In this document: in pieces, positions 37,531-44,881 of the stretch
Position numbering within the stretch: position 1 is the stretch's first letter
Layout: every line of letters starts with the position of its first letter
Assembly (NCBI GenBank): GCA_046758465.1
Contig: JBHIAG010000001.1
Coordinates: 1 to 59,734, forward strand
Origin: Terriglobia bacterium
Lineage (GTDB): Bacteria; Acidobacteriota; Terriglobia; Acidiferrales; 2-02-FULL-67-57
Direction: 5' to 3'
Length of the DNA stretch: 59,734 nucleotides
Notes under the pieces: model-generated
What the model saw: only the letters and a program-made list of their open reading frames with translations
What the model was told of the DNA's origin: nothing
Databases searched by the model: none
Program-made: the position numbers and the translations under genes

Positions 37531-37860
37531 CTAGTCGCAGCGACTCCTGATTGCCAGCCCAGGAGCCGCGGCGAATAGCAGCCCGTAGTGCAGGTAGCCT
37601 CGCAGCGATGCAGGGAGTTTTTCGTTCACCGCCATCGTAAAAGCGATGACGTCGTGGCGGACCTCCTTCTCGATCTCGGCCACGCGCTGGGGCGAAGGCA
37701 CTTCCGCTGTGCTGCGCAGCGTGGTGGCCGCTTCCTTCGGAATTTGGCCGCAGTCGCCCAGGGCCTCGCAGGTGGCCAGCTCGACTTCAAGCCACTTCCC
37801 TAGCTTGTTCTCTTCCGTCCAGATCCGCCCCATCTGGGGCCGGGTGTAGCGCGGGATCAC
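37531..37860 (-). pseudogene. purB: 5' fragment (about 94 codons) of adenylosuccinate lyase
   Basis: MIPRYTRPQMGRIWTEENKLGKWLEVELA...VRHDVIAFT...LHYGL matches the PurB N-terminus. The match stops at the point where PurB normally continues TS(S/T)D. The frame then reads LFAAAPGLAIRSRCD-stop, and about 340 codons are missing. Confidence 0.8.
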
Positions 37861-37883
37861 CGTTCCATTCTCCTCAGGGAAAA

Positions 37884-37906
37884 TCTACCCCCCCGGGGGG
37901 TAGATA
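37884..37906 (-). terminator. near-perfect GC palindrome ATCTAC7G6TAGAT (terminator- or operator-like)
   Basis: 11-nt arms around a single central C. On the minus strand it is followed by TTTTCCC. It lies 24 nt upstream of the purB remnant start. Confidence 0.35.
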
Positions 37907-38035
37907 AAAATGTTCAAATTATTGAAAACACTCACTTGTTATCCTCTCGCCAATCCCTCCTGAATCCCACTAATCTCAATTTATCCCCCGTCACGCCGAT
38001 ACTCCGCCACACCCTTCCTCGTTACCTCATCTCAG

Positions 38036-38113
38036 CCGCCTTGTCTAATAATGGTGAACACCATGAACACGGTGAACAGGATGAACACGATAAGCATTCT
38101 GAGAACCCTTCCC
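38036..38113. repeat. right copy (inverted) of the TGTTCA-array element
   Basis: TGAACA at 38055, 38064, 38073 and 38082 (9-bp spacing). Flanks CCGCCTTGTCTAATAA and CATTCTGAGAACCC are the reverse complement of the 32078-32145 flanks, with a few mismatches. Confidence 0.8.
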
Positions 38114-38146
38114 AAAACGGAACCCTACGGCCGCTGCTGGCTTCCG

Positions 38147-38923
38147 TCAACGGGTGGACGAGCTTGCTAGCAGGCGCCGGGCGCAGTCGAACAAGCCAGC
38201 CGGGTCTTTGCTGGCGCGCGGGCCGCACTCCTGGAGCAGAGAAGCAACCCGTTGGCCGAGCTCCCCGGGCGGCTTGACGGCGGGCAGCACCCGGAGGGCG
38301 GCGGCGGCGCAGTCCGGGGCGAAGCGGGCATTTCCTGGTTCGGCCAGGAAGCGGAGGAGTTCATGGGCTGTGGTTTCGTCCCAGCGACGTTGGGTGTCGG
38401 GGTTGAGAGCCTTTTCCGCCCAGAGTTTTTGTTGACCTTCCCAGCCGCCTTCAGCGAGATAAAAAAACCGCACCGAGCGGAATCCACTCTGGAAGAGCAG
38501 GTGACCGAGCGGAGTAAGGAGAGGTGGAACGCGGCGCAGCAGCAGACGATAGGTGGCCTCGTGGTCTGGGCTTGCGCAGGCCAGCGTCAGGTGGCCACCG
38601 GGCGGGATGAGGTCGCCAAGGGTGCGAAAGAGTTGGAGCTCGAGCGCTGCGGCGGCGAGGTCAAGCGTGGTCGGCTCGCCCCGGGAGGATTTCAGCCGGG
38701 GATGGTATTCGGTGACCTCGATCCACGGCGCGACGCCGCGCCCGCCTGAGCTGAAGATGCCTTCGACCACAGGCGGCGCAAAGGCAGCAGTGTTTGAGGT
38801 GAGCACGAGTCGAAAGGAAACCCAACCGGACTTGCTGCCCGGTTGGACGTCAGCGAGGCGGAGGATGTAGGCTCCGAGCGGCTTGCGGTCGAGTTTGGCG
38901 AGTCGATCAGGAAATTGGCTCAT
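38147..38923 (-). CDS. hypothetical protein (258 aa)
   Basis: Long ORF with balanced composition, divergent from the lyase gene. No family recognised with confidence. Confidence 0.55.
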   Translation of the reverse strand: MSQFPDRLAKLDRKPLGAYILRLADVQPGSKSGWVSFRLVLTSNTAAFAPPVVEGIFSSGGRGVAPWIEVTEYHPRLKSSRGEPTTLDLAAAALELQLFRTLGDLIPPGGHLTLACASPDHEATYRLLLRRVPPLLTPLGHLLFQSGFRSVRFFYLAEGGWEGQQKLWAEKALNPDTQRRWDETTAHELLRFLAEPGNARFAPDCAAAALRVLPAVKPPGELGQRVASLLQECGPRASKDPAGLFDCARRLLASSSTR

Positions 38924-39087
38924 CAGTTGGGTTCAGGAGGCAGTCGGGTCTGGCTGAGCGGTGGAGGTTAGCGGTGCAAGTGCCCCCTGCGCCATTGTTT
39001 CCTTCTCTCGGCCGATTCTATATCCTGCCAAGGGTTAGGTGGAAGGCCAGTCTTACATACCCTTTGCGGTGTGCGTGTGAGGGAGCG

Positions 39088-40440
39088 ATGGAATTTAAGA
39101 CGATTATTGAGCCGTTCAAGATCAAGATGGTCGAGCCTATCCGATGGACGACGCGGGCCGAGCGCAAGCGGCTGCTGGCTGAGGCGGGCTACAACCTGTT
39201 TCTTGTTCCGGCGGAGCACATCCTCATTGACCTGCTGAGCGACTCGGGCACGGGCGCGATGAGCACGGCGCAGTGGGCAGCGATGATGAGGGGCGATGAG
39301 AGCTACGCCGGGAGCACGAGCTTCGAGCGGCTGCGGCAGAGAGTCGAGGAGATTTTCGGCTACCGCCACGTCATCCCCACGCACCAGGGGCGGGCGGCCG
39401 AGCGCATCCTGTTCAGCGTGATGTGTCAGCGGGGCGAGGTGGTTCCGAACAACACCCACTTCGATACCACGCGCGCGAACATCGAAGCCGTGGGGGCCGA
39501 GGCAGTGGACCTGCCCATCCGCGAAGGCACCGAGCCGGGGACGCCCCATCCCTTCAAGGGCAATATGGACGTGGCGGCGCTGGAACAGTTGCTCGCGCGG
39601 GTGGGGCGCGAGCGCATCCCGCTGGTGATGCTGACGGTGACGAACAACTCAGGCGGCGGCCAACCGATTTCGCTGGAAAATATTCGGGCGGTGCGCGCGG
39701 TCTGCAACCGTTACCGGCTGCCGCTCTATTTCGACGCCTGCCGCTTTGCCGAGAACGCCTACTTTATCAAGCTGCGCGAGGCGGGCTACGGGGCGAAGAC
39801 ACCGAAAGAGATTGCGCAAGAGATGTTCCGGCTGGGCGACGGGTGCACGATGTCGGCTAAGAAGGACGGGCTGGCGAACATCGGCGGATTTCTCTGCACG
39901 AACGATGACCAGCTGGCGCAGCAGGAAAAGAATCTGCTCATCCTGACCGAGGGTTACCCCACGTACGGGGGCTTGGCGGGGCGGGACCTGGAAGCCATTG
40001 CGGTGGGACTGGATGAGGCGCTCGAAGAGGACTACCTGCGCTACCGCATCGTCTCCACCGCCTACCTCGGCAACCACATCGCCGCGCAGGGTGTGCCGAT
40101 TGTGCAGCCGCCCGGCGGCCACGCCATCTACCTCGACGCACGGGCGTTCTGCCCGCACATCCCGCCGGCGGAGTTTCCGGGCGTGGCCCTGGCGGCTGAA
40201 CTCTATCTGGCCGGCGGCATTCGTGCGTGCGAAATCGGCACGCTGATGTTCGGCGAGCACGCAACGATGGACTTGGTGCGGCTGGCGATTCCCCGGCGGG
40301 TGTATACGCAGAGTCACGTTGACTACGTCATCGAAGTCATCCTGCACGTGTGGAAGGAACGGGAGCGGCTGCGCGGGCTGAAGCTGGTCTACGAAGCTCC
40401 CTTCCTGCGCCATTTCACGGCGCGCTTTGCCCGGCGGTGA
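39088..40440 (+). CDS. tnaA: beta-eliminating lyase: tryptophanase or tyrosine phenol-lyase
   Basis: Collinear with E. coli TnaA as I remember it: EPFKIKMVEP, DLLSDSGTGAMS, IPTHQGRAAE, ARFAENAYFIK, SAKKDG (PLP lysine) and RHFTARF. GGGAG RBS before ATG 39088. I cannot decide by eye between TnaA and Tpl. Confidence 0.9.
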   Translation: MEFKTIIEPFKIKMVEPIRWTTRAERKRLLAEAGYNLFLVPAEHILIDLLSDSGTGAMSTAQWAAMMRGDESYAGSTSFERLRQRVEEIFGYRHVIPTHQGRAAERILFSVMCQRGEVVPNNTHFDTTRANIEAVGAEAVDLPIREGTEPGTPHPFKGNMDVAALEQLLARVGRERIPLVMLTVTNNSGGGQPISLENIRAVRAVCNRYRLPLYFDACRFAENAYFIKLREAGYGAKTPKEIAQEMFRLGDGCTMSAKKDGLANIGGFLCTNDDQLAQQEKNLLILTEGYPTYGGLAGRDLEAIAVGLDEALEEDYLRYRIVSTAYLGNHIAAQGVPIVQPPGGHAIYLDARAFCPHIPPAEFPGVALAAELYLAGGIRACEIGTLMFGEHATMDLVRLAIPRRVYTQSHVDYVIEVILHVWKERERLRGLKLVYEAPFLRHFTARFARR

Positions 40441-40615
40441 AAAGCGGGCCGGGTATGTCGCGCCAGACGTGGCGGCATTGGCGCGCGCTTCTGTCACGCG
40501 TTGCGGTTGCTCGGCCGCGACCAAACGCGCGAGGATCTCGGCGAACGTACGCGCCTGCTGGTGGCGGTAGCGCCGCTCGCTGGGCAGATCGAGGTGGATT
40601 CCCCTGGCGTGGTGC

Positions 40616-40632
40616 GTGTTGACTTGCCTGCG
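40616..40632 (+). promoter_or_regulatory. box A copy 1 (GTGTTGACTTGCCTGCG); no usable -10 and no downstream plus-strand gene
   Basis: One mismatch to the 17-nt consensus. It ends 4 nt before the stop codon of the minus-strand hgcAB-like gene. Confidence 0.25.
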
Positions 40633-40636
40633 GACT

Positions 40637-41809
40637 CTACCCTTGTTGACTGTCAGAGATGGAGGTGGCACGCTGGCCAAGCAGGTTCAGCTTGTACGTC
40701 CGGATCACGGCGGGTGGAATCTGCTGTCCAGAGGGGGTAAAAAAGGTCAGCGCATTCTCGGGACACTGGACGATGCACGCCCCACACTGCACGCAGGCAT
40801 CTGGCTCTGCGATGATCGCCTTCTGGCACGTGGTATCGATGACATAACAGTTCTTAGGGCAAACCTCCCAACACATGGCCCGGCCGCGGCAGGCTTCCTT
40901 GTCAAGTTCCACGCGGAGAAGGCGGTCCTCATGCAATCCACTCTTGTATAGTGGCGTACTGCCGGCCAAGTCCATGCTGGTGAGCAGGGCGAGGAAAAGC
41001 GAAGCCAGCGACCACCCCACTAGGCCTTTCAGGTCCCAGGTTCCGTGCACAAAGGCGTAGCCCCACAGACCCACCACGAACAACACCCAGACCATTAGAC
41101 TCCTTCTGATTCTGGGATCGAAGAAGACAAGGTAGCGCGTCCAGCCCGGCTGTAGCTGTTTGGTCGGTTCGACTCTTCCAGCAAACCAGGGGAATAAAGC
41201 GTACACGCCCAAGGTCAGTGTCCACGCCATAGCAAGGAAAGGGAGTACCAGGTGACGCCAACCGATCGCGAGAACTGTTCCCCCGACAACTGTGATGGGG
41301 AAGGCCCAGGCGAGGGCCATCTCGAGTCGGTCAAGAAGCGGGAAGCGAACCTGTCGCATGGCTTCAGTCTTGCGGCCACTAGCGAGATAGGCAGGAAGAT
41401 CACGGGCGTACACTGGTCCGAAGACAACGTGCCAGCCGGTGCGCTGCTCGACCAGCTTGCGCTCTACCCCCGTGGCGCTCAACTGGGGCAGGACCAGGCG
41501 GCGGTGGTCGACAAGTTCGCCAATCCCGCTCGTGCGCAAGATGGAGATCACTTGGTGCGCAGTGAAGTAGCCGCCCGCCGCGCTGCACCAGACGTTGATG
41601 CCACGCGTCGAGGCTACCAGCAGGTAAGCATCCTCCCCGCGCAATGCCCGCAACACCCGCCGCACAGTCAGCTCATAGTTGCATGTGGCCAACACCGGGG
41701 CCTTCCGTCCAGGGTTGCCAACCCGGATCAGGCGTGGTTCCGTGGGCCAAGGGAGGACGCGTAGACAAGCCTCAAGCACGCCGAGGAGGAAGTCACGCAA
41801 CCGCCGCAT
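40637..41809 (-). CDS. HgcA-family corrinoid-domain membrane protein fused to an HgcB-like 2x[4Fe-4S] ferredoxin domain
   Basis: STRGINVWCSAAGGYF aligns with the HgcA cap-helix motif N(V/I)WCA(A/G)GK, with the Cys kept. Flanking PVLATCNYELT and LVLPQLSATGV..VVFGPVYARDLPAYL resemble HgcA as I remember it. About 4-5 TM helices follow. The C-terminus reads CRGRAMCWEVCP ... CVQCGACIVQCP. Confidence 0.7.
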   Translation of the reverse strand: MRRLRDFLLGVLEACLRVLPWPTEPRLIRVGNPGRKAPVLATCNYELTVRRVLRALRGEDAYLLVASTRGINVWCSAAGGYFTAHQVISILRTSGIGELVDHRRLVLPQLSATGVERKLVEQRTGWHVVFGPVYARDLPAYLASGRKTEAMRQVRFPLLDRLEMALAWAFPITVVGGTVLAIGWRHLVLPFLAMAWTLTLGVYALFPWFAGRVEPTKQLQPGWTRYLVFFDPRIRRSLMVWVLFVVGLWGYAFVHGTWDLKGLVGWSLASLFLALLTSMDLAGSTPLYKSGLHEDRLLRVELDKEACRGRAMCWEVCPKNCYVIDTTCQKAIIAEPDACVQCGACIVQCPENALTFFTPSGQQIPPAVIRTYKLNLLGQRATSISDSQQG

Positions 41810-42461
41810 CGCGTTCCTCTCGCTTCTTCGCTTGCAGCAAAATGAAGTCAGCCGGGCAATTGCTTTCTCGACTGACAGCGACGAACCGGGCTTCGGCAAC
41901 TTTTGCGGCCAGACCCCGCACGGGCCTGGTGCTCGTTTGTGTCAGGACATAGGTAAAGACGGCCAGTGGCAGCCGCACCAAGCTGTGGAGGGCGCGCCGA
42001 GCAAGCGTCGGAGGGCGCACCTCGTCGGCAACGATTAGCTGCCCACCAGGCCGCAGTAGACGGTGGCACTGGCGCAATGCTTCTCGCTGCTCACCTTCAC
42101 TTAGTTCACTGAATAGCAAAACGCTGGTAATCGTGTGGAATGACTCGGCTTGGAACTGGTCGATCAATTCCACCGCGCTGGTTCGCACCCAGCGAACGGC
42201 GACGCGGGGCGGGATTTTCTGCCGGGCGAGGTCGAGCATGTCCTGCGACAGATCGACCCCGGTGACGTGGAGGCCGCGTCGGGCTAGGCGCAGAGCCACA
42301 TTGCCAGTACCGCAGCCCAGGTCGAGTACGTCTGGGCCACGAGCAAGCTGTGCCACTCGGTCGTAGACCCTCTCGATGTGGCCGAAAGAAAGGAGCCGGA
42401 TGCCGAAGTCGTACCGATGGGGTGCGGACTCCAGCAAGCGCATCCAAACATACGTGCTCAC
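41793..42461 (-). CDS. class I SAM-dependent methyltransferase
   Basis: Motif I VLDLGCGTGNVA and motif post-I VTGVDLS, with LLRPGGQLIV downstream. Its stop lies 17 nt inside the downstream hgcAB-like ORF. Confidence 0.85.
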   Translation of the reverse strand: MSTYVWMRLLESAPHRYDFGIRLLSFGHIERVYDRVAQLARGPDVLDLGCGTGNVALRLARRGLHVTGVDLSQDMLDLARQKIPPRVAVRWVRTSAVELIDQFQAESFHTITSVLLFSELSEGEQREALRQCHRLLRPGGQLIVADEVRPPTLARRALHSLVRLPLAVFTYVLTQTSTRPVRGLAAKVAEARFVAVSRESNCPADFILLQAKKREERDAAVA

Positions 42462-42505
42462 GCTCGCATTCTAGCACTGGGGCGAGTGCACGCTAAGGCC
42501 CCCCG

Positions 42506-42522
42506 GCGTTGACTTGCCTGTG
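42506..42522 (+). promoter_or_regulatory. box A copy 2 (GCGTTGACTTGCCTGTG)
   Basis: TTGACT lies 101 nt upstream of GTG 42610. The -10 is weak (TGCTAG at 17 nt). The box is flanked by CCGGC/GCCGG. Confidence 0.35.
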
Positions 42523-42609
42523 CCGGCAATTTGCTAGCTTAAATCCGTTGTACTATTAGGGTTCACACTCTGGGTCTCTCCCCGCCGGGGAGAACGAAAA
42601 GGAGGAATC

Positions 42610-43419
42610 GTGTCCGAGCGTCCACGACAACACGCCGGCCCCGGGCCGTCGTCAAATCAACCGGAAGTGCCGGAGCCAACCTACGCCGAGCGGGCGAAGA
42701 CCCTGGTTCACCTCGGCCAACTCGGTACACTTTCCACTATCTCGCTGAAGCAAAAAGGCACGCCTTTCGGCTCGGTCACCCCCTATGGGTTGGATGAGCG
42801 TGGCCAACCTCTGCTTCTCATCAGTTCAATGGCCATGCACACACAAAACCTAGAGGCTGACCCCCGCGCAAGCCTCCTGGTGGCCGAAGCCAGTACGCCC
42901 GATGACGCTCTCGGGGCGGGCCGGGTGACATTGCTCGGTAAGGCCCGTAAGATCGAAAAAGAAAACGAAGCCGAACTCGCGGAAGTTCGCCGCCGCTACC
43001 TCGCCGCTTATCCCAACGCCCAATACTGGGTAGACTTCGACGACTTTTCCTTCCATCGCCTCGAAGTGAACGATCTCTATTTCGTCGGCGGCTTCGGTGT
43101 GATGGGTTGGGTGACGGTGGAGGACTACTTGGCTGCCGAAGTTGACCCGCTCGCCGACCACCGCCAGGGCATCATCGACCACATGAACACCGACCACGCC
43201 GAGGCGCTGGTGCAACTAGCCCGACACTATGGCACCGAGGAGACAAAGGAGGTCGAAGAAGCACGCATGACTGCCGTCGACCGGATCGGATTCCACCTGC
43301 GGCTCAAGACCGGCGACCGTTTCCACGGCACCCGCATTGCTTTCCTCCACGAAGCCCGTACCCCCGAAGAATGCCGCAAGGTGCTGGTGGAAATGGTTCG
43401 GCAGGCCCGTGGCGGGTAG
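42610..43419 (+). CDS. HugZ-like / pyridoxamine-5'-phosphate-oxidase-fold protein with a DUF2470-like C-terminal domain
   Basis: N-terminal split-barrel pattern (GTLSTISLKQKGTPFGSVTPYGLDERGQPLLLIS) and a C-terminal IIDHMNTDHAEAL block. AAGGAGG RBS before GTG 42610. Confidence 0.7.
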   Translation: MSERPRQHAGPGPSSNQPEVPEPTYAERAKTLVHLGQLGTLSTISLKQKGTPFGSVTPYGLDERGQPLLLISSMAMHTQNLEADPRASLLVAEASTPDDALGAGRVTLLGKARKIEKENEAELAEVRRRYLAAYPNAQYWVDFDDFSFHRLEVNDLYFVGGFGVMGWVTVEDYLAAEVDPLADHRQGIIDHMNTDHAEALVQLARHYGTEETKEVEEARMTAVDRIGFHLRLKTGDRFHGTRIAFLHEARTPEECRKVLVEMVRQARGG

Positions 43420-43427
43420 CTGTAAAC

Positions 43428-43457
43428 CCTCCGCCGCATGAACTTCCCGGAGTAGGC
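43428..43457 (+). repeat. box B copy 1 (CCTCCGCCGCATGAACTTCCCGGAGTAGGC)
   Basis: 30 of 30 nt identical to 50894-50923. Starts 9 nt after the stop codon of 42610..43419. Confidence 0.8.
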
Positions 43458-43503
43458 AGGTTCCGCCTAGGTGTGCCAAAGGGAACCCTTTGATACACAC
43501 GTC

Positions 43504-43535
43504 GCGTTGACTTGCCTGCGGGTGCTGCGTAAGAT
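43504..43535 (+). promoter_or_regulatory. box A copy 3 with a full promoter geometry
   Basis: GCGTTGACTTGCCTGCG, with TTGACT (43507-43512), a 17-nt spacer and TAAGAT (43530-43535). Lies 64 nt upstream of ATG 43571. Confidence 0.55.
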
Positions 43536-43570
43536 GGCCGCCAGTTCCAGCTTGAGAAAAGGAGTAGCTC

Positions 43571-44050
43571 ATGAAGAAACTCTTCCCGGTCTTCGTAGCT
43601 CTATTCGCTATTGCAGCGAGCGGGTGTGCACCCAAGGTTGACGTTGAAGCTGACAAGGCCGCCATCCGCGAGGCTACCGATGTCGAGTGGTTGAAAGCAG
43701 GGCAGGCAAAAGACCTCGAGCGCTGGGTTTCTTTTCACACCGACGATGCCGTGCTGCTCCCACCCAACGCTCCCATGGTCACCGGCAAAGAAGCCATCCG
43801 TGCAGTTGTGTCCGGGCTGATTTCTACCCCGGGATGGGCGGCAAATTGGCAGACCACCAAGATCGAAGTGTCTCGCTCCGGTGACCTGGCGTACTCGTAC
43901 GGCCCCCAGGAAACCACTGTGAACGACGCGGAGGGCAATCCGGTCACCGACCAGCAAAAGTGGGTTGCGGTCTGGAAGAAGCAGCCCGACGGCTCCTGGA
44001 AATGCGCGGTGTTGATCTTGAACTCAGACCAGCCGCCGGCCACGCCCTAG
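43571..44050 (+). CDS. lipoprotein with a DUF4440/SnoaL-like (NTF2-fold) domain
   Basis: Lipobox FAIAASGC. DUF4440-like pattern WVSFHTDDAVLLPPNAPMVTGKEAI ... KWVAVWKKQPDGSWK. Confidence 0.7.
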   Translation: MKKLFPVFVALFAIAASGCAPKVDVEADKAAIREATDVEWLKAGQAKDLERWVSFHTDDAVLLPPNAPMVTGKEAIRAVVSGLISTPGWAANWQTTKIEVSRSGDLAYSYGPQETTVNDAEGNPVTDQQKWVAVWKKQPDGSWKCAVLILNSDQPPATP

Positions 44051-44072
44051 CCACGCAGCCGAGCCCAGCCCC

Positions 44073-44089
44073 GCGTTGACTTGCCTGCG
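44073..44089 (+). promoter_or_regulatory. box A copy 4 (GCGTTGACTTGCCTGCG)
   Basis: Begins 23 nt after the upstream stop codon, with TTGACT 114 nt upstream of the ridA ATG. Embedded between GCCCCGC (44068-44074) and GCGGGGC (44091-44097). A second TTGACA lies 23 nt further on. Confidence 0.35.
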
Positions 44090-44189
44090 AGCGGGGCCGG
44101 TTTTGCTTGACACCCCTCTTCAAGGGGGGTAGTGCTTGCTTTAAGTGCGGTGACAAGAATAGAAAGTGACACGAGAAAGGACGCACGCC

Positions 44190-44582
44190 ATGAAAGCCGT
44201 ATTCACTCCGGCTGCCCCTAGGCCTGCAGGGCACTATTCACAAGCAATTCTTCACCAGGGCACAGTGTACGTGTCGGGCCAATTACCTATTGACCCAGAA
44301 ACCGGTGAGAGAAAACTTGGCTCGATTCAAGAACAAACCGAACAGGTCCTGCGGAATCTGGAAGCAATCCTTCAGGCAGCCGGAAGCAGTCTGGATCGGG
44401 TCCTTAAAGTAACGATCTATATTTCAGATATTTCCGCGTGGGACCAGGTCAATCAAGTGTACGCCAGATTTTTTGGCAATCACCGGCCGGCGCGTGCCAT
44501 TGTTCCCACCAGGGAATTGCACTATGGGTTTCAGATTGAAGTGGAGGCTGTCGCCGCGGCCAGCCCATCCTCCGTAAGATAG
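44190..44582 (+). CDS. ridA: RidA-family reactive-intermediate (enamine/imine) deaminase
   Basis: APRPAGHYSQAILHQGTVYVSGQLPIDPETGE ... RPARAIVPTRELHYGFQIEVEAVA, typical of YjgF/YER057c/UK114. AAAGGA RBS before ATG 44190. Confidence 0.88.
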   Translation: MKAVFTPAAPRPAGHYSQAILHQGTVYVSGQLPIDPETGERKLGSIQEQTEQVLRNLEAILQAAGSSLDRVLKVTIYISDISAWDQVNQVYARFFGNHRPARAIVPTRELHYGFQIEVEAVAAASPSSVR

Positions 44583-44881
44583 CGCCGACCCAAGAAGAGA
44601 TAAGAGAGGACGATCTTCTGGATACTGCGGGGAGTGGAAGAAGGCACACCTTGTTTGCCAACGAGTGCGGAGGTTCGGTTCTCTTGCTCACTTCGCACGG
44701 GTTACGAGTAGCGTATGTGCGTTAAGTCGCTGTAAATGGTGGTTGAGAAGTGAAGCACCCTTGGTATATTCGTGTGGTTCAAAGGCATGGGGCCTCGAGG
44801 CACCGCGGGAGGGATAAGGAGTGTTTCGCGACATGGAGCAATGGTAATTTTATCCTCGCGGTGCCGGGACCCTGATTCTTG

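Noticed and set aside
40441-40615. A possible recombinase or gene remnant on the minus strand between the lyase gene and box A copy 1 (…LPSERRYRHQQARTFAEILARLVAAEQ…).
   Set aside because: The resemblance to a tyrosine-recombinase box is too vague, and there are no other supporting motifs. The stretch is left unannotated as about 170 nt of unexplained sequence.
40637-41809. Calling the fused HgcAB-like gene a mercury methylase (hgcAB).
   Set aside because: The cap-helix motif deviates (WCSAAGG rather than WCA(A/G)GK), one ferredoxin motif lacks a Cys and the HgcB C-terminal Cys pair is missing. To my knowledge, organisms with fused homologues have not shown Hg methylation. Only family membership is claimed, not function.
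43421-43520. Box B plus box A as an integron attC site, with the 42.5-50.9 kb region as an integron cassette array.
   Set aside because: GTTGACT does not fit the GTTRRRY core. I could not pair the ends of the 43421-43512 interval into the imperfect R''-L''/L'-R' hairpin expected of attC. No IntI-type integrase is present, and the only integrase remnant is a generic C-terminus. Several units carry their own promoter-like -35/-10, unlike promoterless cassettes.
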